DNA of 63,988 bases, filler included, from Aduncisulcus paluster (Eukaryota): the NCBI GenBank assembly GCA_024181965.1. It is 9 parts of 9 records of this genome, joined end to end, with 100 filler letters (N's around TTAATTAATTAA, not from the genome) between each part and the next. Parts side by side here need not be neighbours in the genome. Positions count along the whole stretch, not along the records: positions 43,510 to 51,762 come from BQXS01012417.1; positions 51,863 to 59,908 come from BQXS01012419.1; positions 60,009 to 62,397 come from BQXS01012425.1; positions 62,498 to 63,988 come from BQXS01012597.1; 5 more parts are not named here. One strand, 5' to 3'. Positions 50,384 through 62,782 of this stretch are shown piece after piece. Under the pieces are notes generated by a model. It worked only from the letters and a program-made list of their open reading frames with translations. It was not told where the DNA came from and searched no databases. The first letter of the stretch is position 1, and every line of letters begins with the position of its first letter. The position numbers and the translations under genes are program-made.

Positions 50384-51150
50384 GTGAAGGACCAGATAAC
50401 AGAATTGAAAGAAACGGGTTTCATAAGAGACTCAAAAAGTGCGTTAGCCTCACCTTTGGTATTAGTTGATAAGAAGGATGGGGGCACACGAGTATGTGTA
50501 GACTACAGACTCATTAACAGGTACATAGTGGATGATATGTTTCCCATTCCGAGAATGGACGAGATGTTTGCAGCTCTGGGAGGTATGAAAGTATTCACTA
50601 CACTTGATTTAAAAAGTGGGTATTATCAGGTCGCTGTCGAGGAAAGTGTGAGGAAAGTGCTAGCTTTCAATACACCTTTTGGGTTGTTTGAATGGAATAG
50701 AATGCCATTCGGCGTAAAGACTGCACCTGGTCACTTTCAGCGGTCAATGAATAAGATATTTCTAGATTTGATCGGTCGCTGCTGCTTTATTTATTTAGAT
50801 GATGTACTTGTGTTTGGTAAAACAGAAAACGAAATGCTAGAGAACCTTAAAATGGTATTGGACAGGTTTGGAAACTACAACCTAGCATTGAATTACAAGA
50901 AATGTAATTTTGGGGTAAAACAGGTGAAATATCTGGGATTTCTAGTGGATGAGCAGGGTCGAAGGATATCTCCTGAAAAATTGGATAATCTCAAGAAGGT
51001 TAAAAGACCTCAAACGTTGAAAGAAGTTCAGAGCTTCATGGGAAAAATGAATTTCCTCAGATAGTTTTTTCCACATTTTTCTGTGTTATCAACACCAATA
51101 TCCGATTTGATTAAAGAGAAAAAACCTGTGAAGTGGAAGAATAGCAACAG
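50384..51150 (+). mobile_element. Ty3/Gypsy reverse transcriptase core fragment
   Basis: RVCVDYR, LDLKSGYYQ, RMPFG...AP..FQ, YLDD, KC.F, YLG, QSFMG..NF.R*. Confidence 0.95.
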
Positions 51151-51321
51151 AAGGATGTATGTCTCATGGTAGATACGAGATTACAAAAAAAAGAACCTCA
51201 ACCAGAGATTCCGGAAAAAAATCACATCTTCAAAAAAGAGAATTTTAATAAATAATTTAACCTATACTTTATATTAAGTAATATTTTAAAATTATATCTT
51301 AATATTTTCAAAAGTATAACC

Positions 51322-51762
51322 ATGATTCAAATCAAAAAAATAAGTAAACAAAATGACAAGTCTGTGTTGATGACAGCCGAAATTATTGATGTTATAAAGC
51401 CATCTCTGGATGAGAAATATAAAGGAAAAATAATATGGGTTAGATATAAACAAATTAGAAAAATCGACCATACCCTAAAAAAATCAGAAATTTTTGAAAT
51501 CATGAAAAATGAAATTGAAAAGCATTTTAGGATAATAAGTGAGGAAATCCCAATTAAAATTCGTTGTTTGACATGTGATGCTGATCTGACTGGGAAAAAA
51601 TCACTCTATTCTCATATTCTCAGTCAAGTCCACGGAACAAATGTGTGTTTAGATGATGATAAGGAGCAAAAAGAACTGCCAATGAAGAGACGGTTTCTAA
51701 GAGACTTGTGCGTATCTAAAGCAATGTTTTCAGGTATTCCTATCCCAGCGTTAATTAAGTTC
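51322..51762 (+). CDS. Zinc-finger protein fragment, possibly a hAT transposase N-terminus (3'-partial)
   Basis: IRCLTC...SLYSHILSQVH C2H2/BED-like finger followed by FLRDL..AM..GIP. Confidence 0.5.
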
Positions 51763-51862
51763 NNNNNNNNNNNNNNNNNNNNNNNNNNNNNNNNNNNNNN
51801 NNNNNNTTAATTAATTAANNNNNNNNNNNNNNNNNNNNNNNNNNNNNNNNNNNNNNNNNNNN

Positions 51863-53492
51863 CAGAAACTCTATCAAGTTCATCCTCATAGAACTCAACA
51901 GTAGACCCATTCCCATCACCGGTTGAGAGTATATCACCGGTAGAATGATCGGTTAAATGATCGGCTGGATCAATAGACCCAGAATTCTGAGGGCTCCGAG
52001 GAATTGCAGAGGAAGAGGAAGAGGAAGAGGAAGAGGAAGAGGAAGAGGAAGAGGAGGAAGGCTGTACAACTGGTACTGCGTGTTCATCCAAGATAGCAAA
52101 CAATTGATCGTCATCCAACTCTGGATATACTTCTCTTTCTCTTTCTGTCGCAAGAGCCTCAACGGATGTACTATCATTGTCAGTCTGATGATCTTGTTGG
52201 AGATTATCTTCAATGGTGTCCTTTGATGCATCGGAGGTCTCGTGAAGAGAAGAGGAAGAGGAAGAGGCAGTGAGTTCAACATCTCCAGAAGGAAGCACGA
52301 AACGAACAACCCTTTTGTGAGTTTGACTTCCTTGATGGCACATGGACTGTTTTCTCCTTAGTTCTTTCATTTGAAGGGCCTCACGTTCATGTTTCCACTG
52401 CTCTCGTTCTTCTTGAATACTTTTTCTTAGATCCATCATCCGACTATCGACTTCTTTAAGCCTCATCTCTAGCAACTTCTTCCCTTCATCTCCTTCGGCT
52501 AGTTTATCGAGTAATAAATTGATTTTCTTCTCTTTGTCAGTTAATTGATTCTCAAGAACCTTATTCAATGATATAGCTTCTTCTTTAACTTTTTTTTCTT
52601 CTTGAACAATGGCCAAATCAGCTTCAAACTTCTTTTGCGCCTCGAGTAATGATTTTTGAAGTGTTTCCGTCCCTTGTCTGTGGATTTGTCGAGCTATATT
52701 CTCTTGGAAATGAGCCAACTCTGCCAGTGAACGGGATATAATGTCTTGGTCTGACCTGGATAAGAGAGAAGACACATCTGATATCCCTCTTTTCTGCGAA
52801 CTCGTAGAACTTATGCAACATGCTTTGGCTTCGAATAAGAGTTCCGGACAAGTCGAACCCATTCCCCCAGTCTCAACAAAGGATACAAGACTGGCCAAGG
52901 ATCTATGGCATCGTTGGATCTCAGCTTCCTTATTTTCAATGATTCCAAATAGACCGGCTTTTTCGCCAGAAAGGGAGCCCGATTCTTCCTTTAAAGATGA
53001 TATTTGACGTTTTAATCCTTTTTCCCGATATTTGGCTTCTTCAAGAGCATTACAAAGCAATTCATTCCGATTTGTAAGTGTCATAATGTCAAGAGGAATC
53101 ATTTTAGACCCACTTTCGGTCATTTCTACCAATGAAGACGTGGAGGGGGAGTGCAAAGTCTTAGAATAGCCTGATAACGATGGGGATGGAGATAACGCAC
53201 TCGATGTCGCCCTAGGGAGTTGTTTATAGGGACTAGTGGCTCTTTGGACAGCCTCAGCATGACTAATAATTTCACTATGTTCTGACGACACTTTGGAGGA
53301 CTTCGGAGTTCTATGAAGTTTTGATAATGATTGACTTCTCACTGGTGTGGATGTTAATGCGTCAAAGGCTGCATTTGAAGAGGATGGTGAGAGGGTGTAT
53401 CGTTGTATCTTCCGGAATTCATTCAATCTTTTCTTTCGGGAATCTGCGGCTCGTTTTAGCCTTTGCTTTTGCTGTGGCGTAAGAGGAGGCAT
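51863..53492 (-). CDS. Hypothetical coiled-coil protein, 3'-partial
   Basis: ~545 open codons; heptad-rich centre, Ser-rich ends. Confidence 0.75.
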
Positions 53493-54085
53493 GTTTGATA
53501 CTGTTGTCTAACTCGAGTTGGCGACAAAAAACGAAAAATACACTACATCGAGTTGAGAACCAGGATATAAAACTTTGAAAAATAATATATTTCATTAATG
53601 AATATTATATTGTATCCATGATAATAGACTATTCCTAAAACATAAAGACAACTTTTTACATTTTCAAACTCCTTTGTGGCCAAGTCGCGAACATATCATC
53701 TCAATATATCATATATATGATATAAAAATGAATTATAATGCTGGAATTCATATTGCAGTTTTTTAAAATTTCTCATTACTTCAGTTAAAGTTTTGAATAA
53801 GCCCTTGTGGATTATATGCGGAAAAAATCGAGGAAAATGGGGAATATATCATCATTCCATGGAAGATAAAAATGGATCGTATCATATATTATGTGTTCTT
53901 ACATAGTTATTGTGACATGATATTTTGTTGGAAATACAGCCTATTATTCGAAACTGAGGACCGAATGAAATTAAAAATAACAAAAACTGAGATCTAATAA
54001 TTTAATTTATTGAAATATTTCTACTCTTTTTCTGCCATACAAAAATAAACCTAATATTTCTAGCTTTGCTTGAACACAAAAGAAA

Positions 54086-54826
54086 ATGGTATCCTATGTT
54101 GCTTTATATTCCGTATCTAAAACAGGAGAAACCAATTTATATGCTCAAACATACTATTCCTTAGAATATAACCCTTTATCTTTTGTTTTGACAATATCCG
54201 CCGTAGATTCAAGCCAAAAAGATAAAACAGTACATATCGATTTGAAAAATGAGTACACCATTAAAAAACCAGTTTACGTTTCGAACAGAGATTATTATAC
54301 AATCAGCTTGCTGCCTCGAAAAGCAGAAGCCACTGAATTCTTAATTTATACAACATTCAAAGGAGAAGCTAACAAAATGGAAAAATTAATGCAGTTGATA
54401 AGAAATCCTTCACAGTCCAGGGATCTCCATTCAAGGGAAGAGCCAGAAATGAAATCTAGCTCTTCCCTTCTTTCCAATCAAGATAAACCAAGTATTGAAA
54501 GCCCAAAATATCACGAAAAACAAGTTAAAACCATAGATTATTCTCCATCAAAATCACCACAATCAAAACCAGCGGTGACAAAACCCCTTGTTAAAACAAC
54601 CACTGACAAATCTGGACCATTTCAAACTTCTGAACTTTCGATCGAAGAAAAAACATTAAAAGTTAAAACACGTGCAATGATGTCATCTGATATTGTTTTT
54701 AAGGCCAATTTGATTGAAGAAGTGAAAAAAATTATTCAAGAAGAAGCTGACACAATAATTCGTGAGGAAATTGACAAATGTAGGCAAGAAATTATGAAAT
54801 TCATACATGATGAACTCCAAAAATAA
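54086..54826 (+). CDS. Hypothetical protein: beta-rich (PH/EVH1-like?) N-terminus, Pro/Ser/Lys linker, C-terminal coiled coil
   Basis: 246-aa ATG ORF; C-terminus resembles the VASP tetramerisation helix. Confidence 0.65.
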   Translation: MVSYVALYSVSKTGETNLYAQTYYSLEYNPLSFVLTISAVDSSQKDKTVHIDLKNEYTIKKPVYVSNRDYYTISLLPRKAEATEFLIYTTFKGEANKMEKLMQLIRNPSQSRDLHSREEPEMKSSSSLLSNQDKPSIESPKYHEKQVKTIDYSPSKSPQSKPAVTKPLVKTTTDKSGPFQTSELSIEEKTLKVKTRAMMSSDIVFKANLIEEVKKIIQEEADTIIREEIDKCRQEIMKFIHDELQK

Positions 54827-55257
54827 TGTTTATTTATTCTACGTAAGTTTTGTGTTGTCACGGTTCTGAAAGTTTTTCGAGTAAAAATTTTCCTCCGATA
54901 TCGCCAAGATTTATCTGTTTTTATTTCACAATACGCTTTTTGGACATATTTACTTTTCCAATTCATGATGAAACACTTCAACAGACAAGATGGACATGAC
55001 AAAAGTTCAACTTTCTTGAAGGAAATTTTGGTGAGGAGATGAAAGATTGAAGATTCGATTTTCGAAAGAAATAATCCAGAAAAATGATTCAAATTTGAAG
55101 AAGATGATATGGAATGGTCAAACAAGAAGAAAAGAGAAGGAGAAAATACGATTCTGAAAAGAGGAAAAATATGGGATATATAAAATATATCTATTCAATG
55201 AACTTATATTTTAAAATATACAACATTTATATTAGGTTGTTCGGCCACCATTTTTCT

Positions 55258-55665
55258 CTATTTGGAGTAAATTGGAGTGAAATGCCGAAGAAGATAATTT
55301 CTATCAGAATAAATAACCAATTCTGAGATATGAAATGGCTGAGCAAACATGGATTTCTGAATATTATACTTCGATATATGTGTTTGATCAAAAGATAGTT
55401 GTAATTTTCCGCATAAAAGGCCATGGAAGAAAAATTGAATATCCCAATGTGTGGGTCCATGATAATGTGCGAAAGTTGTGGAAATTCCCTCAATAAGAAC
55501 AAGTTTGTTAAATTTACAATGGAGAGAACCCAACTGAATCATTGATTTGTCTTGACGAGTAATGTTAGTAGGGTCCACTGGAGTACCATCAACAAATTTA
55601 GTTTCCAAAGAATAAAATATCGTTTTATCAGGTGAAAAAACGGTTGTTGTTGTTATATTATCCAT
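55258..55665 (-). CDS. Hypothetical small beta-rich protein
   Basis: Open frame from ATG MDNITTT; no family recognised. Confidence 0.45.
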   Translation of the reverse strand: MDNITTTTVFSPDKTIFYSLETKFVDGTPVDPTNITRQDKSMIQLGSLHCKFNKLVLIEGISTTFAHYHGPTHWDIQFFFHGLLCGKLQLSFDQTHISKYNIQKSMFAQPFHISELVIYSDRNYLLRHFTPIYSK

Positions 55666-56718
55666 GATATTTGTTAGATTGACAACAAACAATTTGAGTG
55701 CGCCTCCCCCTATTCTGACGAGATGTATCCTCACTAATTAAACAGATTGCTTAATAAATTTCTGCTAATCAGAAAGGCAATAAAAATCCCTTTCAAAGCA
55801 AATACAAGAATAATTCATTAAAATTATAATATAAATCATCAAAGGACCACTTATTCTTCAATTTAATTTTATACTATTAAAATCACGGTTGATAATCAAA
55901 AAGGCGATAAAAATCTTCCATTTTTTATATATTCACTGGCATTCTATTTCAAATTATTAAAAAAATACGGATAAGTATCGTGATAGACTTCGAAACGCAA
56001 ATTGAGCAAATAAACAGTATATAATTTAAAGTTAAGGCGATATCGAGGAAGTAAAGCTATCTATTTTAAAGAATAGCTTGCCTCTACCATGGAATTATTT
56101 CAATTCGTTGGCAAAACACCAATTTTGGTTTTTCGATCAAAGGAAAGTTCCTCACGAGAAATTACTGCTACCACTAACTTGCTCGATCTAAGTCAAAATA
56201 GAATATTGATCATTAAAAATAAAGCATTGACACTCATAAAAACATAATAAAATTATGATTTATTAAGGAAGATAGTGATAACCATAAAACACAGCAGAAC
56301 AAACCATTAACCAGGATAGATAAATAAAAAGTAAGAAGTAAGAAGTCAAAAAGAAGAAGAAAAAACCAAAAACCAGGTGATATAGTTGGAGTTTGAGGAA
56401 TTAGTTAATTAGAGAATAAAAAAGTAGAAGAAAATATAGGCTTTGTGTGTTGTGTGAGACAAAAAATAGTCAAAAAAATAATCAAAAGTTAGCGACAGAT
56501 AGAGAGAGAAATACCGATTAGGAGTAGCAATTAATAGATGATAGGAAACACACACAATCTTTAAATTTAAATAATTAATAATAATTAATAATTATATAAT
56601 AAAATAAGATAGTTGGACAACTACACTGAAAACAACAAAAGTAAAAAAAAATATATTTAAAAAAAAACCACAAAAAACCACAGAAGATGATTGTAACATT
56701 TACCTATATCTTATCATT

Positions 56719-58170
56719 TCATTTGTAACGGAAACGTCTTAAAGATTTCCTCGGCCTGACCCTTTCCCTTTCTCTTTCTCTTTCCCTTTCTCTTTTACGG
56801 AGAGCCATGTAAGCGAAACCGGGAGATAAACTCCGCTCAAAGTCAGACTCCATGTGGATCAGATCTTTCCACTCTTCACACTCACAGACAACACCGTACA
56901 CAGGGAGGACAGGCTCAATTTCAAGGGGTCCACCTTGTGCCCAGTGGAAATGTTGTCGATAAAGAGTCAAGATTCGATGGATGAATACGTCCTTGGAAAC
57001 AAGAGCAGAACGGGAGTGGTGAAGAGACTCGTAGAACAGGACACTGTGAAGACAACTGGAGGAGAGAAGAGAATCCGTTGAAGGTGGGAAGGGACACGAA
57101 CGGGAAACAGGCGACTTGGAGCCATCTTCCCAGGCCTTGGAACTGCAGAGTTTGAGCTCTAGAGGGTTTTTACGGAGGTGACGGGGCTTCTTGATCTCTT
57201 CACAGTGAAGCATGAGGTCTTCCCAACGCCAAGCAATCATGATCTTCTCTTGAGCTTCAATGCGACTGATGGCAGCAAGATCACCCTGATTCATACGGAT
57301 TACATCACCAATGGTCACTCTTCCAAGCTTCATAAGCTCACAAACAGACATAGAGCACACTCCACAGCGCTCAAGACCAATCTCGAAAACTCCACAGGCT
57401 TCGGCAATAGAAGGACGCTTACGGAAGTTCTTGGAGAGCATTCTACTCACCAATGTGTGCAAAAACTGGGGGTAGACAGTAGGAAGAGCTCGAGGAGTGT
57501 CGTGAAGGATAGCATGCATCAGTTCAGCTCTACCGCAGCCATGACGACCAAAAGGAGGATGGTTGGTCATCATCTCGTAAAGAACACAACCCAGGGACCA
57601 CACATCAGTTGCAGTGTTGAATCCAAGCTTGCTACACATCTCAGGAGACTGGTAAAGAGGAGTACCACAACGGAAACGCAATAGGCTGTCCTCGCTATGT
57701 AACACACGAGACAACCCGAAATCTCCAAGTTTTGCATCGCTATCATCAGATAAAAAGATATTATCAGGCTTGACATCGCAATGAACAACATTGTGTTGGT
57801 GCAACTTGAATAAAGCAAGACACATTTGATATCCCCAAAGTAAAATGCGAGAAATAGATAAAGATAAGGCACGAGAACGATGTTTTTTCAAAACATGACC
57901 AAGATCTTTGCCTCCAAGATATTCCAAGAGAATATACAGAGAACTACCTTCAATAAAAGAATTATAACATCGAACAACATTCGGAGACCGGACAATATTC
58001 ATTGTTTTCACTTCGTTTTGACATTTTTCAAGAAAACTTCGTGTCTTTTTCTTTATGTCGATCTTTTTCATTGCAAAACAGCGACTGTCAGGTCTTCGAA
58101 CAAGATAAACAACACCAAAAGAGCCGCTACCAATAACATTTAATGTTTTATACGAATGGGACGGCAACAT
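56719..58170 (-). CDS. NIMA-related (NEK) Ser/Thr protein kinase
   Basis: GSGSFG.V, AMKKI, NEV, H.N-equivalent SPNVV.CYNSF, HCDVKPDNIFL, KLGDFGLSR, GTPLYQSPE, DVWSLGCVLYEM. Confidence 0.9.
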   Translation of the reverse strand: MLPSHSYKTLNVIGSGSFGVVYLVRRPDSRCFAMKKIDIKKKTRSFLEKCQNEVKTMNIVRSPNVVRCYNSFIEGSSLYILLEYLGGKDLGHVLKKHRSRALSLSISRILLWGYQMCLALFKLHQHNVVHCDVKPDNIFLSDDSDAKLGDFGLSRVLHSEDSLLRFRCGTPLYQSPEMCSKLGFNTATDVWSLGCVLYEMMTNHPPFGRHGCGRAELMHAILHDTPRALPTVYPQFLHTLVSRMLSKNFRKRPSIAEACGVFEIGLERCGVCSMSVCELMKLGRVTIGDVIRMNQGDLAAISRIEAQEKIMIAWRWEDLMLHCEEIKKPRHLRKNPLELKLCSSKAWEDGSKSPVSRSCPFPPSTDSLLSSSCLHSVLFYESLHHSRSALVSKDVFIHRILTLYRQHFHWAQGGPLEIEPVLPVYGVVCECEEWKDLIHMESDFERSLSPGFAYMALRKRERERERERERVRPRKSLRRFRYK

Positions 58171-58636
58171 TCGAACATAAAAGATACGGGGATCAAAAAA
58201 AAAAGAAGCTTGGAGCGATATAATTTTTTGACTTTAAAGAAGGATTAATTGGGCGTTGCACCAGAAAATATATATATACGGATAATGGACATATTTATTT
58301 CCTCGATATTTTTTTCTATTCATAACAGATACTTCAAATGCCAAATTGCTGTCAGATGTTCAACACAAGTTGTGCTAAAGCTAGAGTTTCAACCTGGAAA
58401 GCAAAATTGCACAAAATAAATATTATTATTTCAACGATAGATAATGAATGAACCCGAACTGCACAGATTACAAAACTTTATAACCGATTTAAATCCAATC
58501 GATCGTATAGGAGCAAGTATAAGATTATATCTCTGATAGATGTAAGAAATTATATTTAAATGGTTATGAGATTCCATAAAGATGAACCAATTTACAATTA
58601 TTATTCTAATTCAAGGTCCCACAATCATTCACCTTT

Positions 58637-59908
58637 TTGATTGCGATGTCGGAAAAAAAATTGAGAAAGATATACATCGATTATCTAACTGAGCATAGAG
58701 AAGTTGATGCCTTCAATATTGGAGATCTCACACTTGCTCAAGCTACTGCTGTTATACATTTTTCGAAATCACCATCCATCGCCTATAAAATTGGTTTATC
58801 TGCATTAAAACAGCTCGCAATTTATACTAAACTAGCTCTTTCGGGAAAAGGAGTTTCATCACATTTCTTAATTGGAAAAGAGAAGACTACAAGAGCTCAG
58901 TATACTACATCACCTCTTCGTGCTTTGGCCTCATGGAGATACTTCGGAGCCTTTAGGTTTTGGGCTCAACTCATATGTGAGAACCCCCAAAATGATCTAT
59001 TTACTTCCCTTGCTTTCCCCCTATGTGAAATGCTCATCGGCTTGCTTCGAAGCCTTCCAACAAACGCTGAATTTGCCCCTGCCAAGCTTCACACAGCTGC
59101 TATTTTAGTATCCATTAGCCGTATGACAGGGAACATCGTCCCAGTTCTCCCATATCTCCTTGATCTGATTGTGATGATTCCATTTGGAGGATCTTCGTCT
59201 TCTTCATCTTCAAAGGACTCCAAGAAAGGCAAATCAATAATTAACCCAACGACTTTGGCCTCGGGATCATCGAATCTCCTTGATTTTTCATACATTTTAA
59301 GAGGATCGACTTCCCTTCTCTCGTCAAGTGCCTATAAGAATACGGTCTTCTATGACTCCCTGCATCTCATCCTTTTATTAATGGAGAGTGAAGCACATAC
59401 CTTGGCATTCCCAGAGGTATGTTATGGAGCTTGTCGCCAGCTCAGAGGCATTGAGAAGGAGTGGAAGAGACAACTAGGTGGAAAGTTCATCACTCCATCA
59501 TCTATTAAGGGTGGTAAGAAGGCATCTAAGGGTCAGTCAAAGAAGGATGGACCCTCAGCCAATAATGTTAGCCGTGCTGCTCGTTTATCTGCTATATGCT
59601 TGAAATATGTCAAAGCTATCAAGTCGATGGTTGTTGAAATGGAGAAAAGTGGCGAATGGATGGGGTCAGAGCGTTCGACGGTTTCTTTCTCACCCGTTGA
59701 TAGTGAGAAAGTTGCAGAGTTTGAGAATGAACATTTTGGCAAGAGTCCCTTGTCCAAATATCTTGAGATTCAGACCGAGTTGAGATCCAAGGGTGTTCGT
59801 GATGCCGTGTTTGTTGATGGTAGTATTCACACTCCTCAGCAACTTCAGGAGGAAGAAAAGAAGAGAGAAGAGGAACGCAAGGAAGAGGAAGCAAAGAAGA
59901 AGGCTGAG
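58637..59908 (+). CDS. NOC2: Nucleolar complex protein 2 (Noc2), partial
   Basis: AY..G...LKQLAI, SWRY...RFWAQ, LAFPL.E...G, FAPAKLH, TG..VPVLP.LL, IAFPE-equivalent LAFPE, RS.VSFSP.D. Confidence 0.85.
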
Positions 59909-60859
59909 NNNNNNNNNNNNNNNNNNNNNNNNNNNNNNNNNNNNNNNNNNNNTTAATTAATTAANNNNNNNNNNNNNNNNNNNNNNNNNNNNNNNNNNNN
60001 NNNNNNNNAATTTTTCAGATCAAAATGTTCATGTGATGATGTAACTTTTATTGGTATGGAAGATGCTTGGTATTCTGGTCAATCTGAAGAAACAAGAAGG
60101 AGGCGAGAGAGGATTCCACCCATGCTTGATGAAGTCGAGGAATTAAAATTATTGTTTGGTACTTATAGTTTCGTTGAATGTTCTTTTGGCGATATGTCAA
60201 TATGTTCTGAAATTTTTAAATAAAATTCAATTTGAACTTCAAACTTAAGTTCAAAGTGACTTTAAAGAAATGATGCATCACTAGTATATACACTGCTAAT
60301 AAAAATATCTGCAAACCAATTTTATTCTTTTTTAATCAATAAAATCTTCGATCCCAGCAAAATTAATGCTGTATCCAATGATTCAACTTCGCCAAGTTAA
60401 TTTTGTTGCTATATACAAATCTATTGAAAGTGATTCCCACCAAAATGCATTGTTGCTGATTGCTGTCAATTGAAATATTCAATTCTAAATATCGAACTAT
60501 GATGTTTTATTCTCTTTCTTGGGATGAAATTTTTATCAATGAGAATAAGAGGATAAAACATGATAAAAGGTATAATTTCATCCCGAAAACATTTTGTGGA
60601 GCAAATGGCATGTATTTATTGATTTGATTCCCCTCTTTATACACTGTCATTCATAACATCTTCATTGTACAATGTCTTAAGAATATTTTCCCCGATATTC
60701 CTCGAGTATCATGATAAAAATGTAGCTTAAACTCATTGCAATTCGAAGTTCATGGTATTATTCTCTCTACTGCTTGTTATTGTGTGTCAATGATATCTGT
60801 TTGATTTTCGAACCTTTTCACACATTATTGTTCTTTTTATTGACATAAAACTGATCAAG

Positions 60860-61780
60860 GCCATATTCTTCTTCTGGTATTAATTGGGAAGATATCAGTT
60901 CATTTTATGAGCATATTATATCTAAATTAGAGGTTACACCCGAACATCCATTTGCCATTAGCGTTCCTTTTTTACATGCTGATGAATTTATGAAACGTTC
61001 AGCTGAAATCCTTTTTGAAAAGCTTCGTGTTCCTAATGTATTATTTCAACCTGAATCTGTGATGTCGCTTGCTTCTATTGGTGCTACCACTGGTTTGGTT
61101 GTTATTATGGGGTATCGAAGCACCAGTATCTGTCCTGTATTTGAGAGTTATGAAATGTCGCATGCCTCAAGAAATATTTCCATTGGTGGCCATAATGTTA
61201 GCAACTCATTGCGTTCCTTGATGAAAGAAGAAGATCCTACTTTCTCGCCCTCCTCTGTTGAACTGGAACTTATCAAAACGATGCTTGGTGTTTGTGCCCC
61301 AAGCAGATCAACTCCCCATGAAGCTAAACCACCATCCATTGAGTATGAATTGCCTGATGGAAAGGTCATCCGATTGAATGATTCTCGGTGGAAATGTGTT
61401 GAGTCTTTTTCTTCCCGGAATACGATGTGCCCCCATCATCCGTTAGGAATTCTAGGTTATTTATTGGGCGAAAGGAGTATAAAACTATCCCAGAGTGTAT
61501 TCTTGGGAGCATTCTTTCGCTCGATATTCCATATCAGAAAGAATTGACTTCTTGTATATGTCTGTGTGGTGGTAGCTCGATATTTCCAGGGCTCGATGAT
61601 CGTATTCATGGCGATTTAAGCCTTATTTCTGACCATTTGCCCACGAGACCTAAAGTTATTGCCAAACCCGAGAGAGATATTGCTTCATACATGGGAATAT
61701 CTATATACGCTTCTGTAACACATTGTTTCAGCAAGATGGCTGTCTCAAGGAAGGAATATGAAGAAAGAGGATCACTTTGA
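60860..61780 (+). pseudogene. Actin-related protein, N-truncated and frameshifted near 61410
   Basis: INWED, EHP, EILFE.L.VP, TTGLVV, GG..V, YELPDG.VI, LCGGSSIFPGL..RI, PER, SRKEYEERG. Confidence 0.85.
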
Positions 61781-61825
61781 ATGTATTAAATTGGGTGCTC
61801 TTCTACTGTATCATCTTCATCTCAT

Positions 61826-62374
61826 CAGGTATGCCGTGAAGTTTATCAAGGTTGTTGGGCTGTTGAATGTATGCTCGGGTATTATTTAGATAAAAGCTCT
61901 GGAAAATGTATTAAAGCTTGTGATATTGGATATGAAGCTAATCAGGATGGGGAATGTTCCCTTATTTCATCATCTTCTTTATCTTATCCCAACACGGATA
62001 TTTTTGCTGGAGTTAATGTTAAATCAACATCAGTGTCCAATCTATCTCGTTGTTTAGTGTGTGAAAATGATCCTTACCGTATGGCTGTTCTTGAAATTGG
62101 AGAATTATATGTTAAATGTATATGTCGTAGCGTGTTTGAAGGAAGTGATTGTTCAAATTTGACTCCCATTATTGATTCTTCTCCAAAATCCAATATATGG
62201 ATATATATTCTTTCTGGGGCTATTGTTGTTATATTGATTATTATTGGGTGTTTATTTTGCAAATATCGAAAGAAGGGTATCGTATCAAGATTATATTTGC
62301 ATGATGGTATTCGAGATTCTTTACCCACTTTACCGATCAAGCCTCCGGTTGAAGAAAAGGCCATCCTGGTTTGA
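61826..62374 (+). CDS. C-terminal fragment of a Cys-rich/EGF type-I membrane protein of the LRR surface family
   Basis: QVCREVYQGCWAVEC matches the LRR-protein module; C.C...FEG.DC EGF end; TM IWIYILSGAIVVILIIIGCLFC followed by KYRKK. Confidence 0.75.
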   Translation, partial: QVCREVYQGCWAVECMLGYYLDKSSGKCIKACDIGYEANQDGECSLISSSSLSYPNTDIFAGVNVKSTSVSNLSRCLVCENDPYRMAVLEIGELYVKCICRSVFEGSDCSNLTPIIDSSPKSNIWIYILSGAIVVILIIIGCLFCKYRKKGIVSRLYLHDGIRDSLPTLPIKPPVEEKAILV

Positions 62375-62782
62375 TTTTGGAAATTGGAAAAGATGAANNN
62401 NNNNNNNNNNNNNNNNNNNNNNNNNNNNNNNNNNNNNNNNNTTAATTAATTAANNNNNNNNNNNNNNNNNNNNNNNNNNNNNNNNNNNNNNNNNNNNCAT
62501 GGGAACCTTGGAAGGAACTTGCTGAGACAATTGCTCTGGATAAATATCTCCATGAACACAAAGAATTGCAGAAATGGTTCAAAGGAAACCGGAAATAATC
62601 ATCAAAGCGATGATAGTAAAGAAGTTTTGTCATAAGTGAAAATTTGTGAGGAAGCTTGGAACATAGTATCATGCACAAATTCCAACAGATAAAAAAATAT
62701 GATATAAATACTACACACATGGTTGTGCATGAAATATATTTTTTTACTTGTTGGAAATTGTGCAGGGGTAGGTATCATACTA

